Positions 30,958-46,195 of a stretch of DNA of 64,000 nucleotides are shown one piece after another. How positions within the stretch are numbered: the stretch's first letter is position 1; each line of letters begins with the position of its first letter. The stretch is from assembly GCA_964016885.1 (NCBI GenBank), contig CAXHJY010000212.1, positions 99,865 to 163,864 on the forward strand, in the 5' to 3' direction. This DNA is from Eledone cirrhosa. Its lineage: Eukaryota. Under the pieces are notes generated by a model. That model saw nothing but the letters and a program-made list of their open reading frames with translations, had not been told where the DNA came from and did no database searches. Position numbers and translations under genes: made by a program.

Positions 30958-31423
30958 TATATGCATGCTACTGTACGTCTGTATACATATATGTATGTAC
31001 GTATACATACATACTTACATTTAAGTAAGTGCCATACTAAGAGTGAGAAATGAAATTTCGTTTTCATTTTTTTCAATTTATCGTTTTCGGTATGCCTGAC
31101 CGATTTAACTCACTCAATATGCAAATTAGGCTGCTCAGCCGTTAATTTTCATAAGGAAAGTATATACTTTCGAACGTTCAACTATCTGGCAGATGGGTAA
31201 ACGGTGCTGATGATAGCTAACAAGCTTGAAACTAGTACATCGTTCCTGTGTCAGTGTTGAACAAAAAGGTGACGTGGTTGCCTTAACACCGTATGGCATA
31301 AATTCAGGCTGTTCGCTTTGTTGACAAACAAACGAACAAAGCGGCCGGCGTTATAATAAACGTCGGCTAAACTGATGCGTGCATATATGTATGTGTACCT
31401 GTATGCATATGTGTGTATATATG

Positions 31424-31463
<40 letters not shown>

Positions 31464-31919
31464 TGCATGCTACTGTACGTCTGTATACATATATGTATGT
31501 ACGTATACATACATACTTACATTTAAGTAAGTGCCATACTAAGAGTGAGAAATGAAATTTCGTTTTCATTTTTTTCAATTTATCGTTTTCGGTATGCCTG
31601 ACCGATTTAACTCACTCAATATGCAAATTAGGCTGCTCAGCCGTTAATTTTCATAAGGAAAGTATATACTTTCGAACGTTCAACTATCTGGCAGATGGGT
31701 AAACGGTGCTGATGATAGCTAACAAGCTTGAAACTAGTACATCGTTCCTGTGTCAGTGTTGAACAAAAAGGTGACGTGGTTGCCTTAACACCGTATGGCA
31801 TAAATTCAGGCTGTTCGCTTTGTTGACAAACAAACGAACAAAGCGGCCGGCGTTATAATAAACGTCGGCTAAACTGATGCGTGCATATATGTATGTGTAC
31901 CTGTATGCATATGTGTGTA

Positions 31920-31970
<51 letters not shown>

Positions 31971-32425
31971 GCATGCTACTGTACGTCTGTATACATATAT
32001 GTATGTACGTATACATACATACTTACATTTAAGTAAGTGCCATACTAAGAGTGAGAAATGAAATTTCGTTTTCATTTTTTTCAATTTATCGTTTTCGGTA
32101 TGCCTGACCGATTTAACTCACTCAATATGCAAATTAGGCTGCTCAGCCGTTAATTTTCATAAGGAAAGTATATACTTTCGAACGTTCAACTATCTGGCAG
32201 ATGGGTAAACGGTGCTGATGATAGCTAACAAGCTTGAAACTAGTACATCGTTCCTGTGTCAGTGTTGAACAAAAAGGTGACGTGGTTGCCTTAACACCGT
32301 ATGGCATAAATTCAGGCTGTTCGCTTTGTTGACAAACAAACGAACAAAGCGGCCGGCGTTATAATAAACGTCGGCTAAACTGATGCGTGCATATATGTAT
32401 GTGTACCTGTATGCATATGTGTGTA

Positions 32426-32478
<53 letters not shown>

Positions 32479-32939
32479 GCATGCTACTGTACGTCTGTAT
32501 ACATATATGTATGTACGTATACATACATACTTACATTTAAGTAAGTGCCATACTAAGAGTGAGAAATGAAATTTCGTTTTCATTTTTTTCAATTTATCGT
32601 TTTCGGTATGCCTGACCGATTTAACTCACTCAATATGCAAATTAGGCTGCTCAGCCGTTAATTTTCATAAGGAAAGTATATACTTTCGAACGTTCAACTA
32701 TCTGGCAGATGGGTAAACGGTGCTGATGATAGCTAACAAGCTTGAAACTAGTACATCGTTCCTGTGTCAGTGTTGAACAAAAAGGTGACGTGGTTGCCTT
32801 AACACCGTATGGCATAAATTCAGGCTGTTCGCTTTGTTGACAAACAAACGAACAAAGCGGCCGGCGTTATAATAAACGTCGGCTAAACTGATGCGTGCAT
32901 ATATGTATGTGTACCTGTATGCATATGTGTGTATATATG

Positions 32940-32976
<37 letters not shown>

Positions 32977-33431
32977 GCATGCTACTGTACGTCTGTATAC
33001 ATATATGTATGTACGTATACATACATACTTACATTTAAGTAAGTGCCATACTAAGAGTGAGAAATGAAATTTCGTTTTCATTTTTTTCAATTTATCGTTT
33101 TCGGTATGCCTGACCGATTTAACTCACTCAATATGCAAATTAGGCTGCTCAGCTGTTAATTTTCATAAGGAAAGTATATACTTTCGAACGTTCAACTATC
33201 TGGCAGATGGGTAAACGGTGCTGATGATAGCTAACAAGCTTGAAACTAGTACATCGTTCCTGTGTCAGTGTTGAACAAAAAGGTGACGTGGTTGCCTTAA
33301 CACCGTATGGCATAAATTCAGGCTGTTCGCTTTGTTGACAAACAAACGAACAAAGCGGCCGGCGTTATAATAAACGTCGGCTAAACTGATGCGTGCATAT
33401 ATGTATGTGTACCTGTATGCATATGTGTGTA

Positions 33432-33482
<51 letters not shown>

Positions 33483-33943
33483 GCATGCTACTGTACGTCT
33501 GTATACATATATGTATGTACGTATACATACATACTTACATTTAAGTAAGTGCCATACTAAGAGTGAGAAATGAAATTTCGTTTTCATTTTTTTCAATTTA
33601 TCGTTTTCGGTATGCCTGACCGATTTAACTCACTCAATATGCAAATTAGGCTGCTCAGCCGTTAATTTTCATAAGGAAAGTATATACTTTCGAACGTTCA
33701 ACTATCTGGCAGATGGGTAAACGGTGCTGATGATAGCTAACAAGCTTGAAACTAGTACATCGTTCCTGTGTCAGTGTTGAACAAAAAGGTGACGTGGTTG
33801 CCTTAACACCGTATGGCATAAATTCAGGCTGTTCGCTTTGTTGACAAACAAACGAACAAAGCGGCCGGCGTTATAATAAACGTCGGCTAAACTGATGCGT
33901 GCATATATGTATGTGTACCTGTATGCATATGTGTGTATATATG

Positions 33944-33980
<37 letters not shown>

Positions 33981-34435
33981 GCATGCTACTGTACGTCTGT
34001 ATACATATATGTATGTACGTATACATACATACTTACATTTAAGTAAGTGCCATACTAAGAGTGAGAAATGAAATTTCGTTTTCATTTTTTTCAATTTATC
34101 GTTTTCGGTATGCCTGACCGATTTAACTCACTCAATATGCAAATTAGGCTGCTCAGCCGTTAATTTTCATAAGGAAAGTATATACTTTCGAACGTTCAAC
34201 TATCTGGCAGATGGGTAAACGGTGCTGATGATAGCTAACAAGCTTGAAACTAGTACATCGTTCCTGTGTCAGTGTTGAACAAAAAGGTGACGTGGTTGCC
34301 TTAACACCGTATGGCATAAATTCAGGCTGTTCGCTTTGTTGACAAACAAACGAACAAAGCGGCCGGCGTTATAATAAACGTCGGCTAAACTGATGCGTGC
34401 ATATATGTATGTGTACCTGTATGCATATGTGTGTA

Positions 34436-34488
<53 letters not shown>

Positions 34489-34943
34489 GCATGCTACTGT
34501 ACGTCTGTATACATATATGTATGTACGTATACATACATACTTACATTTAAGTAAGTGCCATACTAAGAGTGAGAAATGAAATTTCGTTTTCATTTTTTTC
34601 AATTTATCGTTTTCGGTATGCCTGACCGATTTAACTCACTCAATATGCAAATTAGGCTGCTCAGCCGTTAATTTTCATAAGGAAAGTATATACTTTCGAA
34701 CGTTCAACTATCTGGCAGTTGGGTAAACGGTGCTGATGATAGCTAACAAGCTTGAAACTAGTACATCGTTCCTGTGTCAGTGTTGAACAAAAAGGTGACG
34801 TGGTTGCCTTAACACCGTATGGCATAAATTCAGGCTGTTCGCTTTGTTGACAAATAAACGAACAAAGCGGCCGGCGTTATAATAAACGTCGGCTAAACTG
34901 ATGCGTGCATATATGTATGTGTACCTGTATGCATATGTGTGTA

Positions 34944-34998
<55 letters not shown>

Positions 34999-35459
34999 GC
35001 ATGCTACTGTACGTCTGTATACATATATGTATGTACGTATACATACATACTTACATTTAAGTAAGTGCCATACTAAGAGTGAGAAATGAAATTTCGTTTT
35101 CATTTTTTTCAATTTATCGTTTTCGGTATGCCTGACCGATTTAACTCACTCAATATGCAAATTAGGCTGCTCAGCCGTTAATTTTCATAAGGAAAGTATA
35201 TACTTTCGAACGTTCAACTATCTGGCAGATGGGTAAACGGTGCTGATGATAGCTAACAAGCTTGAAACTAGTACATCGTTCCTGTGTCAGTGTTGAACAA
35301 AAAGGTGACGTGGTTGCCTTAACACCGTATGGCATAAATTCAGGCTGTTCGCTTTGTTGACAAACAAACGAACAAAGCGGCCGGCGTTATAATAAACGTC
35401 GGCTAAACTGATGCGTGCATATATGTATGTGTACCTGTATGCATATGTGTGTATATATG

Positions 35460-35501
<42 letters not shown>

Positions 35502-35967
35502 TATATGCATGCTACTGTACGTCTGTATACATATATGTATGTACGTATACATACATACTTACATTTAAGTAAGTGCCATACTAAGAGTGAGAAATGAAAT
35601 TTCGTTTTCATTTTTTTCAATTTATCGTTTTCGGTATGCCTGACCGATTTAACTCACTCAATATGCAAATTAGGCTGCTCAGCCGTTAATTTTCATAAGG
35701 AAAGTATATACTTTCGAACGTTCAACTATCTGGCAGATGGGTAAACGGTGCTGATGATAGCTAACAAGCTTGAAACTAGTACATCGTTCCTGTGTCAGTG
35801 TTGAACAAAAAGGTGACGTGGTTGCCTTAACACCGTATGGCATAAATTCAGGCTGTTCGCTTTGTTGACAAACAAACGAACAAAGCGGCCGGCGTTATAA
35901 TAAACGTCGGCTAAACTGATGCGTGCATATATGTATGTGTACCTGTATGCATATGTGTGTATATATG

Positions 35968-36004
<37 letters not shown>

Positions 36005-36459
36005 GCATGCTACTGTACGTCTGTATACATATATGTATGTACGTATACATACATACTTACATTTAAGTAAGTGCCATACTAAGAGTGAGAAATGAAATTT
36101 CGTTTTCATTTTTTTCAATTTATCGTTTTCGGTATGCCTGACCGATTTAACTCACTCAATATGCAAATTAGGCTGCTCAGCCGTTAATTTTCATAAGGAA
36201 AGTATATACTTTCGAACGTTCAACTATCTGGCAGATGGGTAAACGGTGCTGATGATAGCTAACAAGCTTGAAACTAGTACATCGTTCCTGTGTCAGTGTT
36301 GAACAAAAAGGTGACGTGGTTGCCTTAACACCGTATGGCATAAATTCAGGCTGTTCGCTTTGTTGACAAACAAACGAACAAAGCGGCCGGCGTTATAATA
36401 AACGTCGGCTAAACTGATGCGTGCATATATGTATGTGTACCTGTATGCATATGTGTGTA

Positions 36460-36510
<51 letters not shown>

Positions 36511-36971
36511 GCATGCTACTGTACGTCTGTATACATATATGTATGTACGTATACATACATACTTACATTTAAGTAAGTGCCATACTAAGAGTGAGAAATG
36601 AAATTTCGTTTTCATTTTTTTCAATTTATCGTTTTCGGTATGCCTGACCGATTTAACTCACTCAATATGCAAATTAGGCTGCTCAGCCGTTAATTTTCAT
36701 AAGGAAAGTATATACTTTCGAACGTTCAACTATCTGGCAGATGGGTAAACGGTGCTGATGATAGCTAACAAGCTTGAAACTAGTACATCGTTCCTGTGTC
36801 AGTGTTGAACAAAAAGGTGACGTGGTTGCCTTAACACCGTATGGCATAAATTCAGGCTGTTCGCTTTGTTGACAAACAAACGAACAAAGCGGCCGGCGTT
36901 ATAATAAACGTCGGCTAAACTGATGCGTGCATATATGTATGTGTACCTGTATGCATATGTGTGTATATATG

Positions 36972-37008
<37 letters not shown>

Positions 37009-37941
37009 GCATGCTACTGTACGTCTGTATACATATATGTATGTACGTATACATACATACTTACATTTAAGTAAGTGCCATACTAAGAGTGAGAAATGAA
37101 ATTTCGTTTTCATTTTTTTCAATTTATCGTTTTCGGTATGCCTGACCGATTTAACTCACTCAATATGCAAATTAGGCTGCTCAGCCGTTAATTTTCATAA
37201 GGAAAGTATATACTTTCGAACGTTCAACTATCTGGCAGATGGGTAAACGGTGCTGATGATAGCTAACAAGCTTGAAACTAGTACATCGTTCCTGTGTCAG
37301 TGTTGAACAAAAAGGTGACGTGGTTGCCTTAACACCGTATGGCATAAATTCAGGCTGTTCGCTTTGTTGACAAACAAACGAACAAAGCGGCCGGCGTTAT
37401 AATAAACGTCGGCTAAACTGATGCGTGCATATATGTATGTGTACCTGTATGCATATGTGTGTATATATGTATATATATATATATATGCATGCTACTGTAC
37501 GTCTGTATACATATATGTATGTACGTATACATACATACTTACATTTAAGTAAGTGCCATACTAAGAGTGAGAAATGAAATTTCGTTTTCATTTTTTTCAA
37601 TTTATCGTTTTCGGTATGCCTGACCGATTTAACTCACTCAATATGCAAATTAAGCTGCTCAGCCGTTAATTTTCATAAGGAAAGTATATACTTTCGAACG
37701 TTCAACTATCTGGCAGATGGGTAAACGGTGCTGATGATAGCTAACAAGCTTGAAACTAGTACATCGTTCCTGTGTCAGTGTTGAACAAAAAGGTGACGTG
37801 GTTGCCTTAACACCGTATGGCATAAATTCAGGCTGTTCGCTTTGTTGACAAACAAACGAACAAAGCGGCCGGCGTTATAATAAACGTCGGCTAAACTGAT
37901 GCGTGCATATATGTATGTGTACCTGTATGCATATGTGTGTA

Positions 37942-37990
<49 letters not shown>

Positions 37991-38445
37991 GCATGCTACT
38001 GTACGTCTGTATACATATATGTATGTACGTATATATACATACTTACATTTAAGTAAGTGCCATACTAAGAGTGAGAAATGAAATTTCGTTTTCATTTTTT
38101 TCAATTTATCGTTTTCGGTATGCCTGACCGATTTAACTCACTCAATATGCAAATTAGGCTGCTCAGCCGTTAATTTTCATAAGGAAAGTATATACTTTCG
38201 AACGTTCAACTATCTGGCAGATGGGTAAACGGTGCTGATGATAGCTAACAAGCTTGAAACTAGTACATCGTTCCTGTGTCAGTGTTGAACAAAAAGGTGA
38301 CGTGGTTGCCTTAACACCGTATGGCATAAATTCAGGCTGTTCGCTTTGTTGACAAACAAACGAACAAAGCGGCCGGCGTTATAATAAACGTCGGCTAAAC
38401 TGATGCGTGCATATATGTATGTGTACCTGTATGCATATGTGTGTA

Positions 38446-38497
<52 letters not shown>

Positions 38498-38953
38498 TGC
38501 ATGCTACTGTACGTCTGTATACATATATGTATGTACGTATACATACATACTTACATTTAAGTAAGTGCCATACTAAGAGTGAGAAATGAAATTTCGTTTT
38601 CATTTTTTTCAATTTATCGTTTTCGGTATGCCTGACCGATTTAACTCACTCAATATGCAAATTAGGCTGCTCAGCCGTTAATTTTCATAAGGAAAGTATA
38701 TACTTTCGAACGTTCAACTATCTGGCAGATGGGTAAACGGTGCTGATGATAGCTAACAAGCTTGAAACTAGTACATCGTTCCTGTGTCAGTGTTGAACAA
38801 AAAGGTGACGTGGTTGCCTTAACACCGTATGGCATAAATTCAGGCTGTTCGCTTTGTTGACAAACAAACGAACAAAGCGGCCGGCGTTATAATAAACGTC
38901 GGCTAAACTGATGCGTGCATATATGTATGTGTACCTGTATGCATATGTGTGTA

Positions 38954-39011
<58 letters not shown>

Positions 39012-39473
39012 TGCATGCTACTGTACGTCTGTATACATATATGTATGTACGTATACATACATACTTACATTTAAGTAAGTGCCATACTAAGAGTGAGAAA
39101 TGAAATTTCGTTTTCATTTTTTTCAATTTATCGTTTTCGGTATGCCTGACCGATTTAACTCACTCAATATGCAAATTAGGCTGCTCAGCCGTTAATTTTC
39201 ATAAGGAAAGTATATACTTTCGAACGTTCAACTATCTGGCAGATGGGTAAACGGTGCTGATGATAGCTAACAAGCTTGAAACTAGTACATCGTTCCTGTG
39301 TCAGTGTTGAACAAAAAGGTGACGTGGTTGCCTTAACACCGTATGGCATAAATTCAGGCTGTTCGCTTTGTTGACAAACAAACGAACAAAGCGGCCGGCG
39401 TTATAATAAACGTCGGCTAAACTGATGCGTGCATATATGTATGTGTACCTGTATGCATATGTGTGTATATATG

Positions 39474-39507
<34 letters not shown>

Positions 39508-39971
39508 TATGCATGCTACTGTACGTCTGTATACATATATGTATGTACGTATACATACATACTTACATTTAAGTAAGTGCCATACTAAGAGTGAGAAATG
39601 AAATTTCGTTTTCATTTTTTTCAATTTATCGTTTTCGGTATGCCTGACCGATTTAACTCACTCAATATGCAAATTAGGCTGCTCAGCCGTTAATTTTCAT
39701 AAGGAAAGTATATACTTTCGAACGTTCAACTATCTGGCAGATGGGTAAACGGTGCTGATGATAGCTAACAAGCTTGAAACTAGTACATCGTTCCTGTGTC
39801 AGTGTTGAACAAAAAGGTGACGTGGTTGCCTTAACACCGTATGGCATAAATTCAGGCTGTTCGCTTTGTTGACAAACAAACGAACAAAGCGGCCGGCGTT
39901 ATAATAATCGTCGGCTAAACTGATGCGTGCATATATGTATGTGTACCTGTATGCATATGTGTGTATATATG

Positions 39972-40013
<42 letters not shown>

Positions 40014-40479
40014 TATATGCATGCTACTGTACGTCTGTATACATATATGTATGTACGTATACATACATACTTACATTTAAGTAAGTGCCATACTAAGAGT
40101 GAGAAATGAAATTTCGTTTTCATTTTTTTCAATTTATCGTTTTCGGTATGCCTGACCGATTTAACTCACTCAATATGCAAATTAGGCTGCTCAGCCGTTA
40201 ATTTTCATAAGGAAAGTATATACTTTCGAACGTTCAACTATCTGGCAGATGGGTAAACGGTGCTGATGATAGCTAACAAGCTTGAAACTAGTACATCGTT
40301 CCTGTGTCAGTGTTGAACAAAAAGGTGACGTGGTTGCCTTAACACCGTATGGCATAAATTCAGGCTGTTCGCTTTGTTGACAAACAAACGAACAAAGCGG
40401 CCGGCGTTATAATAAACGTCGGCTAAACTGATGCGTGCATATATGTATGTGTACCTGTATGCATATGTGTGTATATATG

Positions 40480-40518
<39 letters not shown>

Positions 40519-40731
40519 GCATGCTACTGTACGTCTGTATACATATATGTATGTACGTATACATACATACTTACATTTAAGTAAGTGCCATACTAAGAGT
40601 GAGAAATGAAATTTCGTTTTCATTTTTCTCAATTTATCGTTTTCGGTATGCCTGACCGATTTAACTCACTCAATATGCAAATTAGGCTGCTCAGCCGTTA
40701 ATTTTCATAAGGAAAGTATATACTTTCGAAC

Positions 40732-40818
40732 GTTCAACTATCTGGCAGATGGGTAAACGGTGCTGATGATAGCTAACAAGCTTGAAACTAGTACATCGTT
40801 CCTGTGTCAGTGTTGAAC
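40732..40818 (+). ncRNA. Type I hammerhead ribozyme (last copy in the array)
   Basis: Identical to 365-451; CTGATGA starts at 40763. Confidence 0.9.
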
Positions 40819-40979
40819 AAAAAGGTGACGTGGTTGCCTTAACACCGTATGGCATAAATTCAGGCTGTTCGCTTTGTTGACAAACAAACGAACAAAGCGG
40901 CCGGCGTTATAATAAACGTCGGCTAAACTGATGCGTGCATATATGTATGTGTACCTGTATGCATATGTGTGTATATATG

Positions 40980-41020
<41 letters not shown>

Positions 41021-41633
41021 GCATGCTACTGTACGTCTGTATACATATATGTATGTACGTATACATACATACTTACATTTAAGTAAGTGCCATACTAAGA
41101 GTGAGAAATGAAATTTCGTTTTCATTTTTTTCAATTTATCGTTTTCGGTATGCCTGACCGATTTAACTCACTCAATATGCAAATTAGGCTGTTAGCAGCA
41201 GCAAGATATAAGCTGACCACTACAACAACAACAGTACCAAAATAATGGTCGAGGTCAAATGTACTGAACAATAGCAGGCATAAACACTACAGGGAGCCTC
41301 ACCCCAGAAAGAATTCTATAGACTTCTGACGGAGGAATGCTCTCAGAACTGAACAATGGGAAGTTTGACACATTTTTTGATATTTTGTTCCTTCAACACC
41401 TTGTCCCTTCTACCATTTTATCAATTTTTAAGCTAACTCCAACAATGACAACACTAATAACTGACCAATGAGAGGAGAAGGGGACCTGTGACACTAAAAT
41501 TCGTTTGTTTGAATTCATATGACTCCAGTTCCCCAGTGAATTAACAACCCAACAAGGAACTGGGCATATCAGAGTATTGACAATATCATACACCTAAACA
41601 ACATATGTACTTGTCTATACCATACTAATTCAA

Positions 41634-41688
41634 ACTGCCTGAAGAGGTCACAGCCAAAGATGGCTGTCACTGAAATATATATAGCAGT
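41634..41688 (+). ncRNA. Minimal type I hammerhead motif of Penelope-like pLTR type
   Basis: ACTGC-CTGAAGA-g-GTcACAGCCA aaga TGGCTGTcAC-t-GAAA-TATATATA-GCAGT, followed directly by AATAAA and then a (TA)n tract. Confidence 0.7.
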
Positions 41689-41737
41689 AATAAACGAAGC
41701 TAAATTTTAATCATTTGACTTTTATTTAACTTTATTT

Positions 41738-41857
<120 letters not shown>

Positions 41858-41882
41858 ATAGAGGTGTAACACACGAGTTATG

Positions 41883-42162
41883 ATATATTGGTAAAAGGAA
41901 AAGAAAATGGTGACAAATTGTTCCCAGTGAAAAATAGTTTAATTAGGAATAAGTAAAAATTAGTAATAGTATTGGTTAGTATTCAGTTTGGGTTTTAAGT
42001 TTTACCGGTTGCGCATTTCTAATGCTTTTCAAAAATAATTTTGAGATAGAGCGCCCGTGATGTTTGCTAACCATATTATTACTAATTTTTACTTATTCCT
42101 AATTAAATTATTTTTCACTGGGAACAATTTGTCAGCATTTTCTTTTCCTTTTACCAATATAT
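41883..42162. mobile_element. Foldback element with ~97-bp imperfect inverted arms; decayed hammerhead-like motif in the spacer (minus strand); probable Penelope-like fragment
   Basis: 41883-41980 is the reverse complement of 42066-42162. The minus-strand spacer reads TTGAAAA-GCATT aga AATGC-GCAA-CCGG-TA. Confidence 0.55.
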
Positions 42163-42172
42163 ATATATATAC

Positions 42173-42301
42173 GTAGGTCCCGGGTTGAGTCGGGGATAAC
42201 TACAGTAAGTAAGGTACTCAATACATGGCAAAGTAAACATTTTTTATTTTATAGAAGGAGCTTCTACAGGACTAGTACTGTTTCATTCAGATGAAATCTT
42301 C

Positions 42302-42302
<1 letters not shown>
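42173..42302 (-). mobile_element. Penelope-like terminal fragment, family A (homologous to 49651-49860)
   Basis: Reverse complement begins TGAAGA...GAATGAAACAG and shares ctagtcctgtaga and atgtattgagt(a/g)ccttacttactgt with 49740-49860; flanked by (TA)n. Confidence 0.55.
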
Positions 42303-43643
<1,341 letters not shown>

Positions 43644-43741
43644 TTATTATTGAGCACATATATATATAGCACAGTTATAAAATCTATTCGATTTAGAGAT
43701 ACTGTACAACCAAGGCAACGTCGGGTATTCTGTCAGTTTGT

Positions 43742-43743
<2 letters not shown>

Positions 43744-43813
<70 letters not shown>

Positions 43814-43891
43814 CTAAATATTAGAAGTCGTTTAGTCCAAAATTCTATCATTACTACCAAACCAAAGATCAAACCAAAAGAACGGTTTTTA

Positions 43892-43957
<66 letters not shown>
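43744..43957. repeat. Two (GT)n microsatellites
   Basis: Directly visible at 43744-43811 and 43898-43957. Confidence 0.95.
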
Positions 43958-43961
<4 letters not shown>

Positions 43962-44121
43962 CGTTGGATTTTAATAGGAACCGTCGTTCCCAGCCCCCAC
44001 GGGATGATAGGGTGGTGCGTAAGTGTCCTGATGTTTTGAAGGGGACGTGTCGTGAGGTGAGATCATACATCTCCACCCCAGTTACACAAATATACATAGA
44101 TACATATACCCCCCCCCCCCC

Positions 44122-44163
<42 letters not shown>

Positions 44164-44390
44164 TGGGGATGACGATGGTGATGGTGGTGCTGGGGGGGGG
44201 GGGGGTGACGATGGTGGTGCTGGGTTCGCAGCGGTAGTAGTGGCGGTAGTGGTGATGATGATGATAGTATTAATGATGGTGGCGGCGGTGGTGGTTCTCT
44301 ATTTTCTTCTGAAGATAATAAAATTGGAACATAGATGGGACCACGTGCTGTACATCTGGATGGCGTTCATTTGAAATCGATCCCGTAAAT

Positions 44391-44890
44391 ACCACACCCC
44401 ACCCGACCCACCACACCACACCCCACTACACTACACTACACTACACTCCACCCCACCACACCAGACCACACCACACTACACCCCACCCCACCCCACCCCA
44501 CCCCACCCCACCATACCACACCACACAACACCCCACCCCACAACACCACACCCCACCACACCCCACCACACCCCACCACACAACACCACACCACACAAAA
44601 CCGCACCATATCATACCACACAACACCAGGCCACCATCACCACCATCACCACTACCATCCCCATCATCACTACCATCACCATCACCATCACCACCACCAC
44701 CACCACCAACATCACTACCATCATCACCACCACCAACATCACTACTATCACCACCAACAACATCACTACCATCACAACCATCACCACTACCATCCCCATC
44801 ATCACTACCATCACCACCACCAACATCACCACCATCACCACCACCACCACTAGCATCACTACCACTACCACCACCACCAACATCACCACC
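44391..44890. repeat. C-rich low-complexity tract: (CCACA/CCCCA)n then (CACCAT/CACCAC)n
   Basis: Directly visible. Confidence 0.9.
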
Positions 44891-44893
44891 TTT

Positions 44894-45330
44894 CTATTTT
44901 ATACTAATATTTAGCCCAAACACAGTACATACATTGGAGAAGGTGTCCAATATCAACTGCATGTCCTCTACTGTGTTAGCCACAAAATCTGCACCATCAA
45001 CATAGAGAAACTCCCTAACAAGAGTACCCAAAGTTTGGGACTTGGTGTTAAACGGTCTTAGATTAAATACTTTGCCAGAGGTTCTAATTCGCAAGTATAC
45101 TCCGATTTCAAACTCTTGGAAGTCATATATCAGCAGCAGGGCAAAGTAGATGGAGAACAAAGTAGGTTCAGGTATGTCACCTTGTTTAACACCATTTTCA
45201 ATTGAAATTGGCTCTGAAAGTGTCCCATTGAAGTTCACTTTTGCTTTCATATTTTGATGGATTTATTTTTTTAATATTCCAACAAACTCATGAGAGCATC
45301 CACGTTTTCCCAATATACCCCACAATCTGG
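44894..45330 (-). pseudogene. Degenerate reverse transcriptase fragment of an RTE-clade LINE
   Basis: Translation ..NGVKQGDIPEPTLFSIYF..GVYLRIRTSGKVFNL..VREFLYVDGADFVA..DMQLILDTFSNVCTVFGLNISIK matches RT domains 4-6 of RTE/BovB-like elements. Catalytic YADD has decayed to YVDG. Confidence 0.85.
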
Positions 45331-45717
45331 GGCCTCGTTTGCCTTAACATGTGAGGGAGGACAAACCAACATTTGTTGATTCTTAAAAGAACATGTTAGT
45401 ATTGCTTATGATGTCTTTCCTGGACCCTATCACATAAGTAAGATTTTACGCTAATTAAATTTTATATATTCAAATGAAGTTCAGATATAAAAGAATAAGC
45501 TAAAAAGAATTTATTATATCAAATAAACAAAAAACAAAAGATGGTTTCTCCCCCGTTCCTGAAAATATGGGGGAACTTGTCCCCTGGTACCCCCCTGAAA
45601 CAAGGCTCTTGCCCACAATGCACTACGATTAACAGCGTCGAAGGCTTTGGAAAAGTCCATATGTATGTATGTATGTATGTATGTATGAATATATATGTGT
45701 GTGTGTCTGTATATATA

Positions 45718-45821
45718 TTAGGTTGAGTAGTAATTCATGAGCATGTTTTTGTCTAAGTGTTTTGGTCTGCGCATTTTTAAATAAAAAAAAAAAAACGCTC
45801 ATGAATTATTACTTAACCTAA
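45718..45821. mobile_element. Mariner-type MITE (~104 bp) with TA target-site duplication
   Basis: Terminal inverted repeats TTAGGTTGAGTAGTAATTCATGAGC / GCTCATGAATTATTACTTAACCTAA, flanked by TA on both sides. A TTAGGTTG start is typical of mariner TIRs. Confidence 0.8.
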
Positions 45822-46116
45822 TATATGAGTGATTAGCGGCCTTTAGACTCACCTGATCCATTAAACAATTGTTAATATTGTAAATAAAACCCATTTTGTA
45901 CAGCCGACCATGTTATTCTTCACTCTTTCACTACTATTACTCCAAGAATGACCTGCTTGGGAATTCTCGCAAACTCACCACCTAACTTCCTTATATGGGA
46001 AGATAGTAATTGTCAAGAGGATTGGTTAAAATCTGTTATAAAGACAAATAAATCTATCATGGCATTTGGTGGGAGGTAGGGGTGGCTGAACTTGATAAGT
46101 TTGGCTATTTATTTAC

Positions 46117-46195
46117 CAGGCTAAAAATTCTAATTTAGTCCAGAAATAGCCGTCGAAACGGCTTGAGCTCTGCCGTCGGGTTCATACTTTTTCAT
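46117..46195 (+). mobile_element. Partial copy of foldback family B
   Basis: agtccagaaatagccgtcgaaacggcttgagctctgccgtcggg matches the right arms at 52348, 55193 and 58440. Confidence 0.75.

Larger units (their letters stand above)
1..41191 (+). repeat. Tandem satellite array of ~500-bp monomers (about 82 units, 81 complete hammerhead motifs), retrozyme-like; truncated by the left window edge
   Basis: The same ~455-bp unique sequence recurs head-to-tail with period 478-538 bp (mostly 498-510). Almost all length variation is in the internal GTATA(TA)n GTA(TA)n tract. The array ends abruptly after ...ATGCAAATTAGGCTG at 41191. Confidence 0.99.

Noticed and set aside
440-41134. Recurrent 60-115 aa ORFs ([13 protein letters not shown]..., MYTYIHI..., MRAYMYV...) in each monomer
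   Set aside because: They run through the (TA)n tract, change frame with TA length, mostly start at TTG, and resemble no known domain; they are repeat artefacts.
1-41191. CRISPR-like or tandem rRNA/snRNA/tRNA/histone gene array
   Set aside because: There are no unique spacers (the variable part is only TA length), no cas genes, and I recognise no 5S, U-snRNA, SL or tRNA sequence in the monomer.
41326-41360. CTGACGGA...GAAC hammerhead-like words
   Set aside because: Core mismatches and no convincing helices.
43901-44374. 157-aa ORF with apparent transmembrane stretch
   Set aside because: Built from GT, TA and GGT microsatellites; no homology evident.
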